NCBI GenBank assembly: GCA_017466365.1
Contig: JAFTUG010000001.1
Location: 14,797-78,796, forward strand
Direction: 5' to 3'
Length of the DNA: 64,000 bases
Source: Clostridia bacterium
GTDB taxonomy: Bacteria; Bacillota; Clostridia; Oscillospirales; Acutalibacteraceae
Part shown: positions 49,869 to 59,791 of the stretch, in pieces
Layout: each line of letters opens with the position of its first letter
How positions within the stretch are numbered: position 1 is the first letter of the stretch
Notes under the pieces: generated by a model
Seen by the model: only the letters and a program-made list of their open reading frames with translations
What the model was told of the DNA's origin: nothing
Database searches by the model: none
Made by a program: the position numbers and the translations under genes

Positions 49869-51350
49869 TTAAAATCTGATTGTTACCTTGTGCTTGCCTG
49901 CCGTGTCCTTAATCTTAAGAAGTGAAGCACCGTTTTTACCGACGGGTTCAAGTGTGTATTCGCCGCCGCATTCTATGCTCTTTGCTTTTTTGTGAACGAA
50001 TATCTCGGTGGGCAGGCTGTATTCTTTATCCTGTGTATATTCAAGGGTGAAGGTATTATTTTTCCTGTCAGTTAAATAACGGTCAATCTTACCGCATACG
50101 GCAACGGGTGAAGTTCTGATAAGGCAGGTCATAATCGGGTTTTCGAGCAAGCCGTCATAATATGCCCAGTAAGTCTGACCCCACTGATTTTTGTCAAATT
50201 TATCAAGCAGATATTCTATGTGATAAAGCCAGTCCGTACCCTCTGACTGACCGCCCCATTCACCGACGATGAGAGGCACATTGAGTCTGTCCTGCGATCT
50301 CTTATGTTCATCAAAAATTGAGCCTACTCTTGAGTTGCTTGCGTATTTATATGCAGGGGTATCAACCATGAGGTCATAGGCGTGGGGTGCAAAGCAAAGT
50401 TTTTCTTCGCGCTTTCCGTCATAGTTGACGGGAGGGCAGGAATAGGGGATGCCGAGGTTGGAATAATAGCTGTTTTCCATAATAATTATGCCGTTGTCCG
50501 TTATTTCGCGCACAGCATTTGCTGTTCTGTTTATAAACTGTGAATATACACCTGTATCAAATTTGTTTATTAAACCGTCAGCTGCACTTGTAACCTTTCT
50601 GAAAAGAGAGGGGTCATTAAAGGGCTCAAGAACTTTGATTGCGTTACCTGTAATGAGCTGTTTGAGCATCCAAAGCTTTTTGCATCTCTTATCGGTAATA
50701 ACAGTTTTTGCAATGCTCATAACAAGCTTTCTGAAAACCTTTCCTCCGTCGCTTCCGGGAAATGGCTCGTTAAGAAGGTCAAAACCGAAAAGGGCAGGGT
50801 GGTCCTTGAATTTATCGGCAACGTGCTTCCACATGTTGCAGTAGTATGTCTGAAGGGGAATTCCGTTAACCTTGTCGTTTGCCCAAAAATGGTCAAATGC
50901 TCTGTGAACGGCTTTACCCCAGAAATAGCCCTCTGCCCAAACAAGTTTTGTTTTGTTGAATTTTGCACCGTCTGTTATGCAAGCCCATGCCGGTGCACCG
51001 TCGCCTGCAGTTTCGGGTGCTCCGCTGTAAAGATCTTGATGCATGTCAAGGAAAAAGTATATGCCGTATTTTGCACATAAATCGGCAATGGCATAAACTC
51101 TGTTGAGATATTCTTCGTTGTATCGGTTCGGCTCGGGTTCAACCGCATCCCATGTAAGACCGAGTCTGACAAGGTTAAAACCACATTCGCTTAATTCTTT
51201 TATCAGTTTTTCATCGAAATCAAGTGTATATGTTCTGTTGATTTCTCCGTCTTTGTTATAGCCTTTGTCACAAAGGTTGATACCGTTAAAAATTCTTTGT
51301 CTTCCTTCAGAATCGATAAATGTTTTTTCAAAGGTCGTAATTTTAAGCAT
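49869..51350 (-). CDS. GH5 endoglycoceramidase-like glycoside hydrolase (cytoplasmic)
   Basis: GFNLVRLGLTWDAVEP, LDMHQD, GDGAPAWA, LLNEP (acid/base), FAPHAYD and VGEWG (nucleophile). Confidence 0.82.
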   Translation of the reverse strand: MLKITTFEKTFIDSEGRQRIFNGINLCDKGYNKDGEINRTYTLDFDEKLIKELSECGFNLVRLGLTWDAVEPEPNRYNEEYLNRVYAIADLCAKYGIYFFLDMHQDLYSGAPETAGDGAPAWACITDGAKFNKTKLVWAEGYFWGKAVHRAFDHFWANDKVNGIPLQTYYCNMWKHVADKFKDHPALFGFDLLNEPFPGSDGGKVFRKLVMSIAKTVITDKRCKKLWMLKQLITGNAIKVLEPFNDPSLFRKVTSAADGLINKFDTGVYSQFINRTANAVREITDNGIIIMENSYYSNLGIPYSCPPVNYDGKREEKLCFAPHAYDLMVDTPAYKYASNSRVGSIFDEHKRSQDRLNVPLIVGEWGGQSEGTDWLYHIEYLLDKFDKNQWGQTYWAYYDGLLENPIMTCLIRTSPVAVCGKIDRYLTDRKNNTFTLEYTQDKEYSLPTEIFVHKKAKSIECGGEYTLEPVGKNGASLLKIKDTAGKHKVTIRF

Positions 51351-51516
51351 AATATACTCCTTTCACGGTAATCTATACACCAAAATTATACCATTAATAT
51401 AACTTTTATGCAACATATTATTTATGGCTGAAAATGTTAATTTGTTGTTGCAGAATTAATTAATGTATGTTATAATCTTGTGTGTAAAAAACTCACAAGA
51501 AAAAGAGGTAATAAGT

Positions 51517-52734
51517 ATGGCAGCATCAGCACTTTTTAAAATGTATTGCAGAGCTTACCAGGGAATTTTCCGTGTTGCGGTTAATTTTCTTGATTGGACA
51601 GAACCGCAGTTAATCAAGGGCGCAGGAAGTGTTAAAAATCTTCCCGAGGTTGTTAAGAAAAACGGACACGACAGTGTTCTTGTTGTAACAGATAAAGGTC
51701 TTATGGGTCTTCATCTTCTTGACGGAATGTTTGAAGGTCTTGATAAGTCAGGTGTAAAGTATGCCGTATATGACGGTACACAGCCCAATCCCACAATAAA
51801 TAACATCGAAGATGCAAGACAGATGTATGTTGATAATAAATGTTCTGCCGTTATTGCTTTTGGTGGCGGTTCACCCATGGACTGTGCAAAGGTTGCGGCT
51901 GCAAGAATTGCTCGCCCCAAAAAGACCGTGCAGAAAATGAGAGGAACTTTGAAGATTCTCAAAAAGCTTCCCACTATCTATGCAGTTCCCACAACTGCGG
52001 GTACAGGCTCTGAAACTACGATTGCTGCTGTTGTTTCAGATCCGACAACCCATGAAAAATATGCTCTTCAGGATCCCGTGCTTCGTCCGAAGTATGCGGT
52101 TCTTGACCCTGAACTCACCCTCGGTCTTCCTCCTCACATAACCTCAACAACAGGTATGGATGCCCTTACTCATGCGGTTGAAGCTTATATCGGCGGAAGC
52201 AACACCAAAGGTACAATTGCAGCTGCTGAAAAGGCAACGAAAATGATTTTTGAAAATATCCTTAAGGTTTATGAAAACGGCAAGGATGTTGAGGCAAGAG
52301 AAAACATGCTTGAGGCATCGTATCTTGCGGGTATCGCATTTACAAGAGCTTATGTAGGCTATGTTCATGCAATTGCTCATAATTTCGGCGGCATGTACGG
52401 AACACCTCACGGTCTTGCAAATGCCGTTATTCTTCCCTATGTGCTTGAAGCCTTCGGAGAAACAGCTTATAAGCCCCTTGCAAAGCTTGCAGATGTTGCA
52501 TGCCTTGAAACTGCCGGCATGAACGAAGCACAGAAGGCAAATCTCTTTATCGCAAAGATTAAGGAGCTTAATAAGCTTCTTAATATCCCCGAGCATCTTG
52601 ATGTTCAGGAAAAAGATATTGAAACAATTGCAAAGAGAGCAAATAAAGAAGGCAATCCTCTTTATCCCGTTCCGAAGATTATGGACGTTGAGGAGCTTTC
52701 TGCGATTATCAGAAAGGTCGGCAATCTTAATTAA
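51517..52734 (+). CDS. Iron-containing alcohol dehydrogenase
   Basis: GGGSPMD, PTTAGTGSE, GMDALTHAVE and HAIAH..PHG; start moved to MAAS at 51517. Confidence 0.92.
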   Translation: MAASALFKMYCRAYQGIFRVAVNFLDWTEPQLIKGAGSVKNLPEVVKKNGHDSVLVVTDKGLMGLHLLDGMFEGLDKSGVKYAVYDGTQPNPTINNIEDARQMYVDNKCSAVIAFGGGSPMDCAKVAAARIARPKKTVQKMRGTLKILKKLPTIYAVPTTAGTGSETTIAAVVSDPTTHEKYALQDPVLRPKYAVLDPELTLGLPPHITSTTGMDALTHAVEAYIGGSNTKGTIAAAEKATKMIFENILKVYENGKDVEARENMLEASYLAGIAFTRAYVGYVHAIAHNFGGMYGTPHGLANAVILPYVLEAFGETAYKPLAKLADVACLETAGMNEAQKANLFIAKIKELNKLLNIPEHLDVQEKDIETIAKRANKEGNPLYPVPKIMDVEELSAIIRKVGNLN

Positions 52735-52845
52735 CCCATTAAAAGCGGACAGTTGCGTGCAATTGTCTGCTTTTTCTTACAAAAAGTTAATGAAATATAA
52801 ACAAATAAGGTATAAAATATAAATAGACTCAAAGCTTAAAAAGGA

Positions 52846-54135
52846 GTGATAAAAATGAAAATACGTCGTCCGATAAGTTTTTTACTTGCCGTTATCATTC
52901 TGTCAGCAAGCCTTTTCTGTGTTGCGTTTGCAGCAGAAGATACATGGAAACCAAAAAATAAAGAGCCTTTTGTTTTTGTTCACGGTCTCAACGGCTGGGG
53001 AGGCGCAGAGGGCATCAACGGCATTGTTCCTTATTGGGGTGCAACAACCGGCGATCTTATGAGCTATCTGCAGAGTGAAGGCTATGAGTGCTATTCTGCT
53101 TCTGTAGGACCTTTGAGCAGTGCTTGGGACAGAGCATGTGAGCTATATGCCCAGCTTATAGGTTCAACCGTTGATTACGGCGCGGCTCATTCCGAAATCC
53201 ATAATCACAACAGATACGGAAGAACATATTATAATGCTCTTATTCCCGATTGGGGAGAGCTTGATGAAAACGGTAAAATACAGCAGATTCATTTAATCGG
53301 TCACAGCTTTGGCGGCACAACTGTTCGCATGCTTATCCAACTTCTCACCGAAGGCAGTCCCGAGGAAATTTCAGCAACGGATTCCGATGATATTTCGGGA
53401 CTTTTCACGGGCGGTAAGGGTAACTGGGTAAAAAGTGCAACTACTATTTGTACTCCGCACAACAGCTCTACTGTTTATTATCCGCTTAAAGCGCTTGGTT
53501 TATATGAAATTGTTCAGAATATCAGCTTCCTTTATGCGGGTATTATGGGCAGAACATTTTTTAACGGAAGACTTGTTGATTTTCACCTTGAACAGTTTGG
53601 TTTAACCGATGTATTCAACGGAGAAAAGGCTGACGGTCTGATTGAATCAATGGTAAGAGTTCAGCAGAATCTTGATGATACCTGCATTTATGACCTTACT
53701 CCCGAGGGAGCCGCAAAGCTTAACAAGGAATTATCGGTAAATGAGGATATTTATTATTTTTCTTATCCGTTTTCAACAACTGACGAAATAGACCTTTTAG
53801 GAATTGAGTTCCCTGATTTTAATACTAACCCCGTTATTTATCTTACGGCGGTTGCTATGGGTATTACACCTGAATTTACAGACCCTTATACAGGCATTGC
53901 CTATGACGAAAGCTGGCGTGCAAATGATGCGCTGGTAAATACGGAAAGCGAAAAATATCCTATTGATGAGCCTCATACAGATTTTGATAAAAACAATATT
54001 GAAAAAGGTATTTGGAATGTTATGCCTGTTCATAAGGGCGATCACGGTGCCGCAATCGGTCTTTTCTCTAACGAAAAGGAAGTAAAAGCTTTCTATCTTG
54101 AGCTTTGCGAAATGCTTTGTGAGTTACCAGATTAA
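52846..54135 (+). CDS. Secreted lipase (Staphylococcus/Geobacillus-like family)
   Basis: Signal peptide, VFVHGLNGWG, SVGPLSSAWDRACELY, GHSFGG, NDALV and DH. Confidence 0.88.
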   Translation: MIKMKIRRPISFLLAVIILSASLFCVAFAAEDTWKPKNKEPFVFVHGLNGWGGAEGINGIVPYWGATTGDLMSYLQSEGYECYSASVGPLSSAWDRACELYAQLIGSTVDYGAAHSEIHNHNRYGRTYYNALIPDWGELDENGKIQQIHLIGHSFGGTTVRMLIQLLTEGSPEEISATDSDDISGLFTGGKGNWVKSATTICTPHNSSTVYYPLKALGLYEIVQNISFLYAGIMGRTFFNGRLVDFHLEQFGLTDVFNGEKADGLIESMVRVQQNLDDTCIYDLTPEGAAKLNKELSVNEDIYYFSYPFSTTDEIDLLGIEFPDFNTNPVIYLTAVAMGITPEFTDPYTGIAYDESWRANDALVNTESEKYPIDEPHTDFDKNNIEKGIWNVMPVHKGDHGAAIGLFSNEKEVKAFYLELCEMLCELPD

Positions 54136-54389
54136 ACTGTTGCTAATTACTCTCCTGTCATCTGCGGGGGAGTAATTTTTTTGAAAAAGTTTAACAAACT
54201 TTTTTGGTTGGATTTTTGTGCAAACGATATTCTTTGTTCAAAAATAACAAATATTATAATTAAAAATATACAAAATGTACAAAATTAAATTTAAAGCAGA
54301 CTTAATTCTGTAAATGCTGAATAGTTTACAAAACCTCAAAATCTGTACAATTTGCACAAAAAGCAAACTTGATATTTGTGCAAATTCAC

Positions 54390-54417
54390 TTGACTTTTTC
54401 GCAAAATGGTGTATAAT
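54390..54417 (+). promoter_or_regulatory. Sigma-A promoter of a small ORF
   Basis: TTGACT-N16-TATAAT. Confidence 0.75.
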
Positions 54418-54448
54418 AAAGCCACAACAGAAAGAAAGGATGAATGTT

Positions 54449-54580
54449 ATGAACTTCTACGAAATTTCCAATTACCCTGCAGAGAAAAAGCTCATCGATG
54501 AAATCGCAAAGGAAAAGAAATTCCTTACATTCAAAAAGCTTTTCAAAATCTTCGAGCTCAACGCTTTGCTTGCAAAGTAA
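54449..54580 (+). CDS. Small protein (43 aa) of unknown function
   Basis: GAAAGGA RBS and a strong upstream promoter; sequence MNFYEISNYPAEKKLIDEIAKEKKFLTFKKLFKIFELNALLAK. Confidence 0.65.
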   Translation: MNFYEISNYPAEKKLIDEIAKEKKFLTFKKLFKIFELNALLAK

Positions 54581-54676
54581 GGAAAGAGCTTTTGCTCTCC
54601 GCACTAAACGACCCTGACGGGTTTTAATATATCTGGGCCGGGAAATAATCTCTGTTCAGAGTTTTGGAAATCAACA

Positions 54677-54718
54677 CAGACCGCACAAAGGTTTTTCCTT
54701 TGACGGTCTGTTTTTTGT
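54677..54718 (+). terminator. Rho-independent terminator
   Basis: CAGACCG-CA-CAAAGG..CCTTTG-A-CGGTCTG followed by TTTTTT. Confidence 0.8.
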
Positions 54719-54750
54719 TTTGTTTTCATATATAATAATGGGGGTGTGTT

Positions 54751-55023
54751 ATGAATTGCTGTATTACGGAATTAAGATGCAAGGAAGTAATCGATAAATC
54801 AAACGGATGCCGCCTCGGTTTAATCAGTGATGTTGAGGTTGATTCTTGCTGCGGCAGGGTTGTGGCACTTATAATTTTCGGTAAGCCGAAATACTGGGGA
54901 ATATGCGGGAAAAGAGAAAGAATACGAATTTGCTGGGAGGATATTGAGGTTATCGGAGGAGATACCGTTCTCGTTACAAAATCGCAAAGATGTAATGATT
55001 CACGAAGAAGAATAAATAAATAA
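54751..55023 (+). CDS. YlmC/YmxH family sporulation PRC-barrel protein
   Basis: ELRCKEVI...NG.RLG...DVE and I.WEDI.VIG.DTVLV. Confidence 0.9.
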   Translation: MNCCITELRCKEVIDKSNGCRLGLISDVEVDSCCGRVVALIIFGKPKYWGICGKRERIRICWEDIEVIGGDTVLVTKSQRCNDSRRRINK

Positions 55024-55081
55024 AAACCACCCTCGGAAAATTTGATTTACAAATTTTTCGGGGGTGATTAAATATCATAAA

Positions 55082-55975
55082 TTAAAGACCGGTTTTTTCG
55101 CTGATATATTTTCTTGCCAAGCAGGCGTATTCATAGGGGTTAGCCTTTGCAGGGTCCTGCTCAGCTTCAACAACAACCCAGCCTTCATAATCGGCATCTG
55201 AAAGAATATCAAAAACAGGAGTGAAATCGAAGTCGCCGTCACCGGGAACGGTAAATGCACCTGCTCTTACGCAGTCAAGGAAGCTCCAGCCCTTTTCTTT
55301 ACCTTCGTTGATAACATCCTGACGAATGCTCTTGAGATGAACATGCTTAACTCTGTTAACGTATTTTTTGAGAACACCGATTGCATCTTCACCTGAGAAT
55401 GAAAGATGACCGGTATCATAAAGAAGATAAACAAGATTGGGGTCGGTGATTTCCATGAGCTTATCGATTTCTTCTTCGGTCTGTACGCCCGTACCCATGT
55501 GATGGTGAACGGTGAAATACATTCCTTTTTCTTTTGCGAGTCTGCCCATTTCGTTAAAGCCCTTTGCAATGAGTTCCCACTGTTCGTCTGTGTAAACGGG
55601 CTTATCACCGAAAATGCTCAAAGCCTTGCCCTGAATGGAGTTGCCCTGTTCGGATGCACCAATGACCTTTGCGCCGAGAGCGTGAAGAAAATCTCTGTGC
55701 TTTATAAATGCCTCGATGGTTGCTTCGTAGCCCTCTGAAAGAAGAAGTGAGGAGAACCATGCGTTGCAGATGCGAAGACCTCTTACGTCAAGCTTGTGCT
55801 TAAGTGTTTCAACATCTTTGGGGTATTTATTACCTATTTCGCTGCCTTTGAAGCCACTGAGTGCCATTTCACTGATACATTGTTCAAAAGTGTTTTCAGC
55901 ACCGAGATCGGGAAGATCGTCATTTGTCCAAGCGATAGGTGCTATCGCGAGGCTTACCTTGTCTTTGTTAAGCAT
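55082..55975 (-). CDS. iolE: Myo-inosose-2 dehydratase
   Basis: APIAWTNDD, HHHMGT, DTGH, FTVPGDG and VVEAEQDP; start MLNKDK at 55975. Confidence 0.95.
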   Translation of the reverse strand: MLNKDKVSLAIAPIAWTNDDLPDLGAENTFEQCISEMALSGFKGSEIGNKYPKDVETLKHKLDVRGLRICNAWFSSLLLSEGYEATIEAFIKHRDFLHALGAKVIGASEQGNSIQGKALSIFGDKPVYTDEQWELIAKGFNEMGRLAKEKGMYFTVHHHMGTGVQTEEEIDKLMEITDPNLVYLLYDTGHLSFSGEDAIGVLKKYVNRVKHVHLKSIRQDVINEGKEKGWSFLDCVRAGAFTVPGDGDFDFTPVFDILSDADYEGWVVVEAEQDPAKANPYEYACLARKYISEKTGL

Positions 55976-56000
55976 ATTTAATTCCTCCGATTTATGTAAA

Positions 56001-57857
56001 TTAATAAAGTCTTGCTTTTGCAATGTTTTCCTGCATATCTTCGTATGCAGCCTGAACCTTTTCGCTGGTTGAAACCTCGGCAACGCCTACTCTCCACCAT
56101 GCATCATATCCGTCGCTCATGCTGCCGTGAACAACCTTGATATCAAAGAGGCAGGGAACCTTTTGCTCTTTTGAATCCTTAAGGGCATCGCGAAGCTCCG
56201 CAACATTTGTAACGGTGTATGCCTTGCATCCGTAGCCTTCTGCGATTTTTGCAAAATCAATGGGAACTATTGCGCCGTCAAGCATGCCTGTAAGGGGATT
56301 TCTTGCCTGGAAACGTGTTCCGAAGGTATCGGTGCCCTGATTATTCTGAAGGTTTTCGATGCATCCCCAGCCCGAATTATCAAAGAGCATAACATTAATT
56401 TTTGCGCCTTCCATAACCGCTGTGTAAAGCTCGCTGTGAAGCATAAGGAAGCTGCCGTCACCTACCATGGTGTAGACCTCTTTATCGGGTTCTGCAAGCT
56501 TAACGCCGAGTGCACCGCAGATTTCATATCCCATGCAGGAGAAGCCGTATTCCATATGATATGTATTAGGTACGGATGCTCTCCAGAGTCTCTGCATGCA
56601 TCCGGGAAGGCTGCCCGATGAACCGATTGCAATTGCTGATTTGTCAATCAGCTTGTTAATCTCACCGAGGGCTCTTGTTTGAGAAAGACCTTCTTTAAGA
56701 TATACGCTGTACATTCGGTCAACTTCCGAATTGTAATCCTCTTTGATTTGGGCAAGCTCCGCGCTGTCCCATGTTGAATAATATTCTCTTACCGTAAGAC
56801 CGCCCATTATGTCGAGCATAGCAGTTTTGGCATCCGCAATAACTGCTGTTGAATCCATTTTGAAAGCATCAAACGGACATATATTTATTGAAAGAATTCT
56901 GCAATCGGGATTCTGGAATCCCCATTTTGATGCTGTTGTGAAGTCTGTAAGACGTGTACCTACTGCAATAACAAGGTCTGCCTGCTTTGCAACCGCATTT
57001 GCTGCAGGACCGCCGGTTACACCAATACCGCCCATGTTAAGCGGTAAATCCCAACGGATGTTACCCTTACCTGCTTGTGTTTCGCAAATGGGAATATTGA
57101 ATTTTTCTGCAAAGAATCTTGCGGTTTCCCATGCTTCGGAATATCTTACACCGCCGCCTACAATGAGAATGGGCTTTTCGCTGCGCATAATTGCTTTGAC
57201 AGCGGCTTCAATTTCGCGGTGAGTGGGTGAACGTCTGTCAAGATACCACACTCTCTTTTTCAGGAAATAATCGGGATAATCGAAAGCTTCACCTTCAACA
57301 TCCTGCGGCATTGCAAGGCAGACTGCGCCTGTATCTGCGGGGTCTGTAAGAACTCGCATTGCATTGATGCACGCAGTCATAAGCTGCTCGGGTCTTTCTA
57401 TTCTGTCCCAATATTTACAAACAGCTTTGAATGAATCGTTGGCTGTAATGCTGCAGCTGGTCGGCTGTTCAATCTGCTGAAGAACGGGGTCGGGCTGGCG
57501 GCATGCAAATGTATCGCCGGGAAGGAGGAGAAGGGGAATGCGGTTTGCCGTTGCGGTGCCTGCTGCCGTAACCATATTCAATGCGCCGGGTCCTATCGAT
57601 GATGTGCATGCGATAATTTGACGGCGGTTTTTCTGCTTTGCAAAAGCAATGGCAGCATGAGCCATGCCTTGCTCATTGTGTCCCTGATAAAATTTAAGGT
57701 TATGGCCGCCCTGCTCAAGAGCCTGACCGATTCCGACAACACATCCGTGACCGAAAATGCCGAAAATGCCGTCTACAAATTTAGTTTCAACTCCGTCAAA
57801 GCTGATATACTGGTTATCAAGAAATTTGACAAGAGCTTGAGCCATTGTAAGCTTCAT
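56001..57857 (-). CDS. iolD: 3D-(3,5/4)-trihydroxycyclohexane-1,2-dione acylhydrolase
   Basis: LTMAQALVKFL, IFGHG, TSSIGPGA, EYGFSCMGYE and VGDGS ThDP motif. Confidence 0.96.
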   Translation of the reverse strand: MKLTMAQALVKFLDNQYISFDGVETKFVDGIFGIFGHGCVVGIGQALEQGGHNLKFYQGHNEQGMAHAAIAFAKQKNRRQIIACTSSIGPGALNMVTAAGTATANRIPLLLLPGDTFACRQPDPVLQQIEQPTSCSITANDSFKAVCKYWDRIERPEQLMTACINAMRVLTDPADTGAVCLAMPQDVEGEAFDYPDYFLKKRVWYLDRRSPTHREIEAAVKAIMRSEKPILIVGGGVRYSEAWETARFFAEKFNIPICETQAGKGNIRWDLPLNMGGIGVTGGPAANAVAKQADLVIAVGTRLTDFTTASKWGFQNPDCRILSINICPFDAFKMDSTAVIADAKTAMLDIMGGLTVREYYSTWDSAELAQIKEDYNSEVDRMYSVYLKEGLSQTRALGEINKLIDKSAIAIGSSGSLPGCMQRLWRASVPNTYHMEYGFSCMGYEICGALGVKLAEPDKEVYTMVGDGSFLMLHSELYTAVMEGAKINVMLFDNSGWGCIENLQNNQGTDTFGTRFQARNPLTGMLDGAIVPIDFAKIAEGYGCKAYTVTNVAELRDALKDSKEQKVPCLFDIKVVHGSMSDGYDAWWRVGVAEVSTSEKVQAAYEDMQENIAKARLY

Positions 57858-58054
57858 GGTTGTATCTCCTTTACCTGTTTGTTAATGGTCGGAAGAGCCG
57901 CCCGTAATAAATAACAGAATTATTTTTGTGCATAATAGTCACATGAGCATATAAAAACCAATATACAGATACATTATATACCATATATAGTGTTATTTCA
58001 AGATAAAATAATTAATTGTCTGCAAGAAAATAATAAAAATTTTGCTAAAAAGCC

Positions 58055-58083
58055 TTGACAAGTGCCGATAAATAATATATTAT
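58055..58083 (+). promoter_or_regulatory. Sigma-A promoter of tRNA-Lys
   Basis: TTGACA-N17-TATTAT. Confidence 0.75.
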
Positions 58084-58123
58084 ATTGGAGCGCTTTAAAA
58101 ACAGCATGCAAAATTTAACAAAT

Positions 58124-58199
58124 GATCCATTAGCTCAGACGGTAGAGCACTTGACTTTTAATCAAGGTGTCCGGAGTTCGAATCTCCGATGGATCACCA
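58124..58199 (+). tRNA. tRNA-Lys (anticodon TTT)
   Basis: 76-nt cloverleaf: GATCCAT/ATGGATC acceptor stem, CTTGA-CTTTTAA-TCAAG anticodon arm, GTTCGAA T-loop and encoded CCA. Confidence 0.97.
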
Positions 58200-58200
58200 G

Positions 58201-58236
58201 AAAATCTTCGCAACTTCGGTTGCGGAGATTTTTTTC
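58201..58236 (+). terminator. Terminator after tRNA-Lys
   Basis: AAAATCTTCGCAAC-TTCG-GTTGCGGAGATTTT followed by a T-run. Confidence 0.85.
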
Positions 58237-58315
58237 TTTATATAATGTAGACAGCAAATATTTTTGTGATATAATTAATTTAAACACTAAACAGTATTTC
58301 TGTCGGAGGTTGGTT

Positions 58316-59557
58316 ATGAGAAGAATAAAAATCGGTATTTTCGGTGCAGGCAGAGGTGTTGATGTTGCAAAAAATCTCATGCTTCTCGACTGTGAAATTG
58401 TTGCTCTTTGCGATTTTAATGAAAAAAGAAGAAATGAAGGTCTCAAAAATCTCGGTATGGATGTGCCTGCTTTTGAAAATTTTGATGATTTTATTGAGCA
58501 GGAAATGGATGCAGTTATTCTTGCAAACTATTTCCATGAGCATGCTCCGTTTGCGATAAAATGCTTTGAAAAGGGAATTCACGTTTTCTCCGAGTGCATC
58601 AGTAACGGCACTATGGCAGAAGGCGTTGAGCTTATCCGTGCATATGAAAAGAGTAATTCAATTTATATGCTTGCGGAAAATTATCCTCAGATGATATTTA
58701 ACCGTGAAATGAAAAAAATATGTGACGGCGGAACTCTCGGAAAAATTCTTTATGCCGAGGGTGAATATAATCATCCTGTTTCAGCTGATGACCATGAATT
58801 CAACAAAGGCTTTGTTTATTATACGGAACACTGGAGAAACTTTCTTCCCCGCTCATATTATGTAACTCATTCCCTTGCTCCTCTTATGTGGTCAACGGGT
58901 GCAACTCCTAAAAGAGTAAGCGCTCTTCCCGTATATGCTCCTTTTAAAGAGAACATAACTGCAAGACGTGTCGGTGACAGAGCGGCAATCATCACAACAA
59001 TAAACGATGATGATTCAATTTTCAAGGTAACGGGATGCTCTGCATTCGGTGCTCATCATAATGCCTACCGTGTTTGCGGTGAAAACGGTCAAATTGAAAA
59101 TCTCCGTGGTATGGGAAATAAAATTATGCTTCGCTATAATGAATGGTCGGTTCCTGAAGGAAAGGAAGAGGTTAATCTTTATGAGCCTGACTGGAACGAT
59201 AAGGATGAGGATTTTATTAATCAGGCAGGTCATGGCGGCGGTGATTACATAATTGCCAGAATGTTTCTTGAATGTATAAGAGAGAATAAGCAGCCTGAAC
59301 ATCCGTTTGATATCCATTCGGCGGTCGCAATGTCATCTGTGGCTATTCTTGCACATCGTTCAATTCTTAACGGAGGCAAGGTATATGAAATTCCCGATTT
59401 CCACCGTGAGGAATGCCGCAAGGAATACGAAAACGACCGACAGACCCCCTTCTTCGGTACAGAGGGAAGCAGACCGAATATTCCTTGCTGTTCCAACCCC
59501 GATTACAGCCCCACAGAAGAACAGATAAGGAAAATGGCTGAAATTTTGGAAAGCTGA
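58316..59557 (+). CDS. Gfo/Idh/MocA family oxidoreductase
   Basis: KIGIFGAGRG Rossmann motif, HVFSEC, AENY and GHGGGD; true start at 58316 after GGAGG. Confidence 0.9.
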   Translation: MRRIKIGIFGAGRGVDVAKNLMLLDCEIVALCDFNEKRRNEGLKNLGMDVPAFENFDDFIEQEMDAVILANYFHEHAPFAIKCFEKGIHVFSECISNGTMAEGVELIRAYEKSNSIYMLAENYPQMIFNREMKKICDGGTLGKILYAEGEYNHPVSADDHEFNKGFVYYTEHWRNFLPRSYYVTHSLAPLMWSTGATPKRVSALPVYAPFKENITARRVGDRAAIITTINDDDSIFKVTGCSAFGAHHNAYRVCGENGQIENLRGMGNKIMLRYNEWSVPEGKEEVNLYEPDWNDKDEDFINQAGHGGGDYIIARMFLECIRENKQPEHPFDIHSAVAMSSVAILAHRSILNGGKVYEIPDFHREECRKEYENDRQTPFFGTEGSRPNIPCCSNPDYSPTEEQIRKMAEILES

Positions 59558-59791
59558 ACTTAACAGAATGATATGATTTTTAACCGCTTTGCAGCAAATT
59601 GTTGCAGAGCGGTTTTGATATTCCAATCAAATATTTATAAAATAAAAAGATATTGTTAAGGCAATGTTAAGCATTGCCGATTTTTAGGCAAACCGATAAA
59701 TTGCACATTGTTTGTACCGACAATAGATGATAAAATTAATCAGATTTAATTATGTTTGTTTAGATTTTGTGTTAAAAAGAAGGTGTCAGAC

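Noticed and set aside
51477-51499. Rex box upstream of the alcohol dehydrogenase
   Set aside because: The inverted repeat CTTGTG..CACAAG has the wrong spacing for the 18-bp Rex site.
58085-58315. N-terminal extension of the 490-aa ORF
   Set aside because: It overlaps tRNA-Lys and its terminator. The real start is ATG 58316 after GGAGG.
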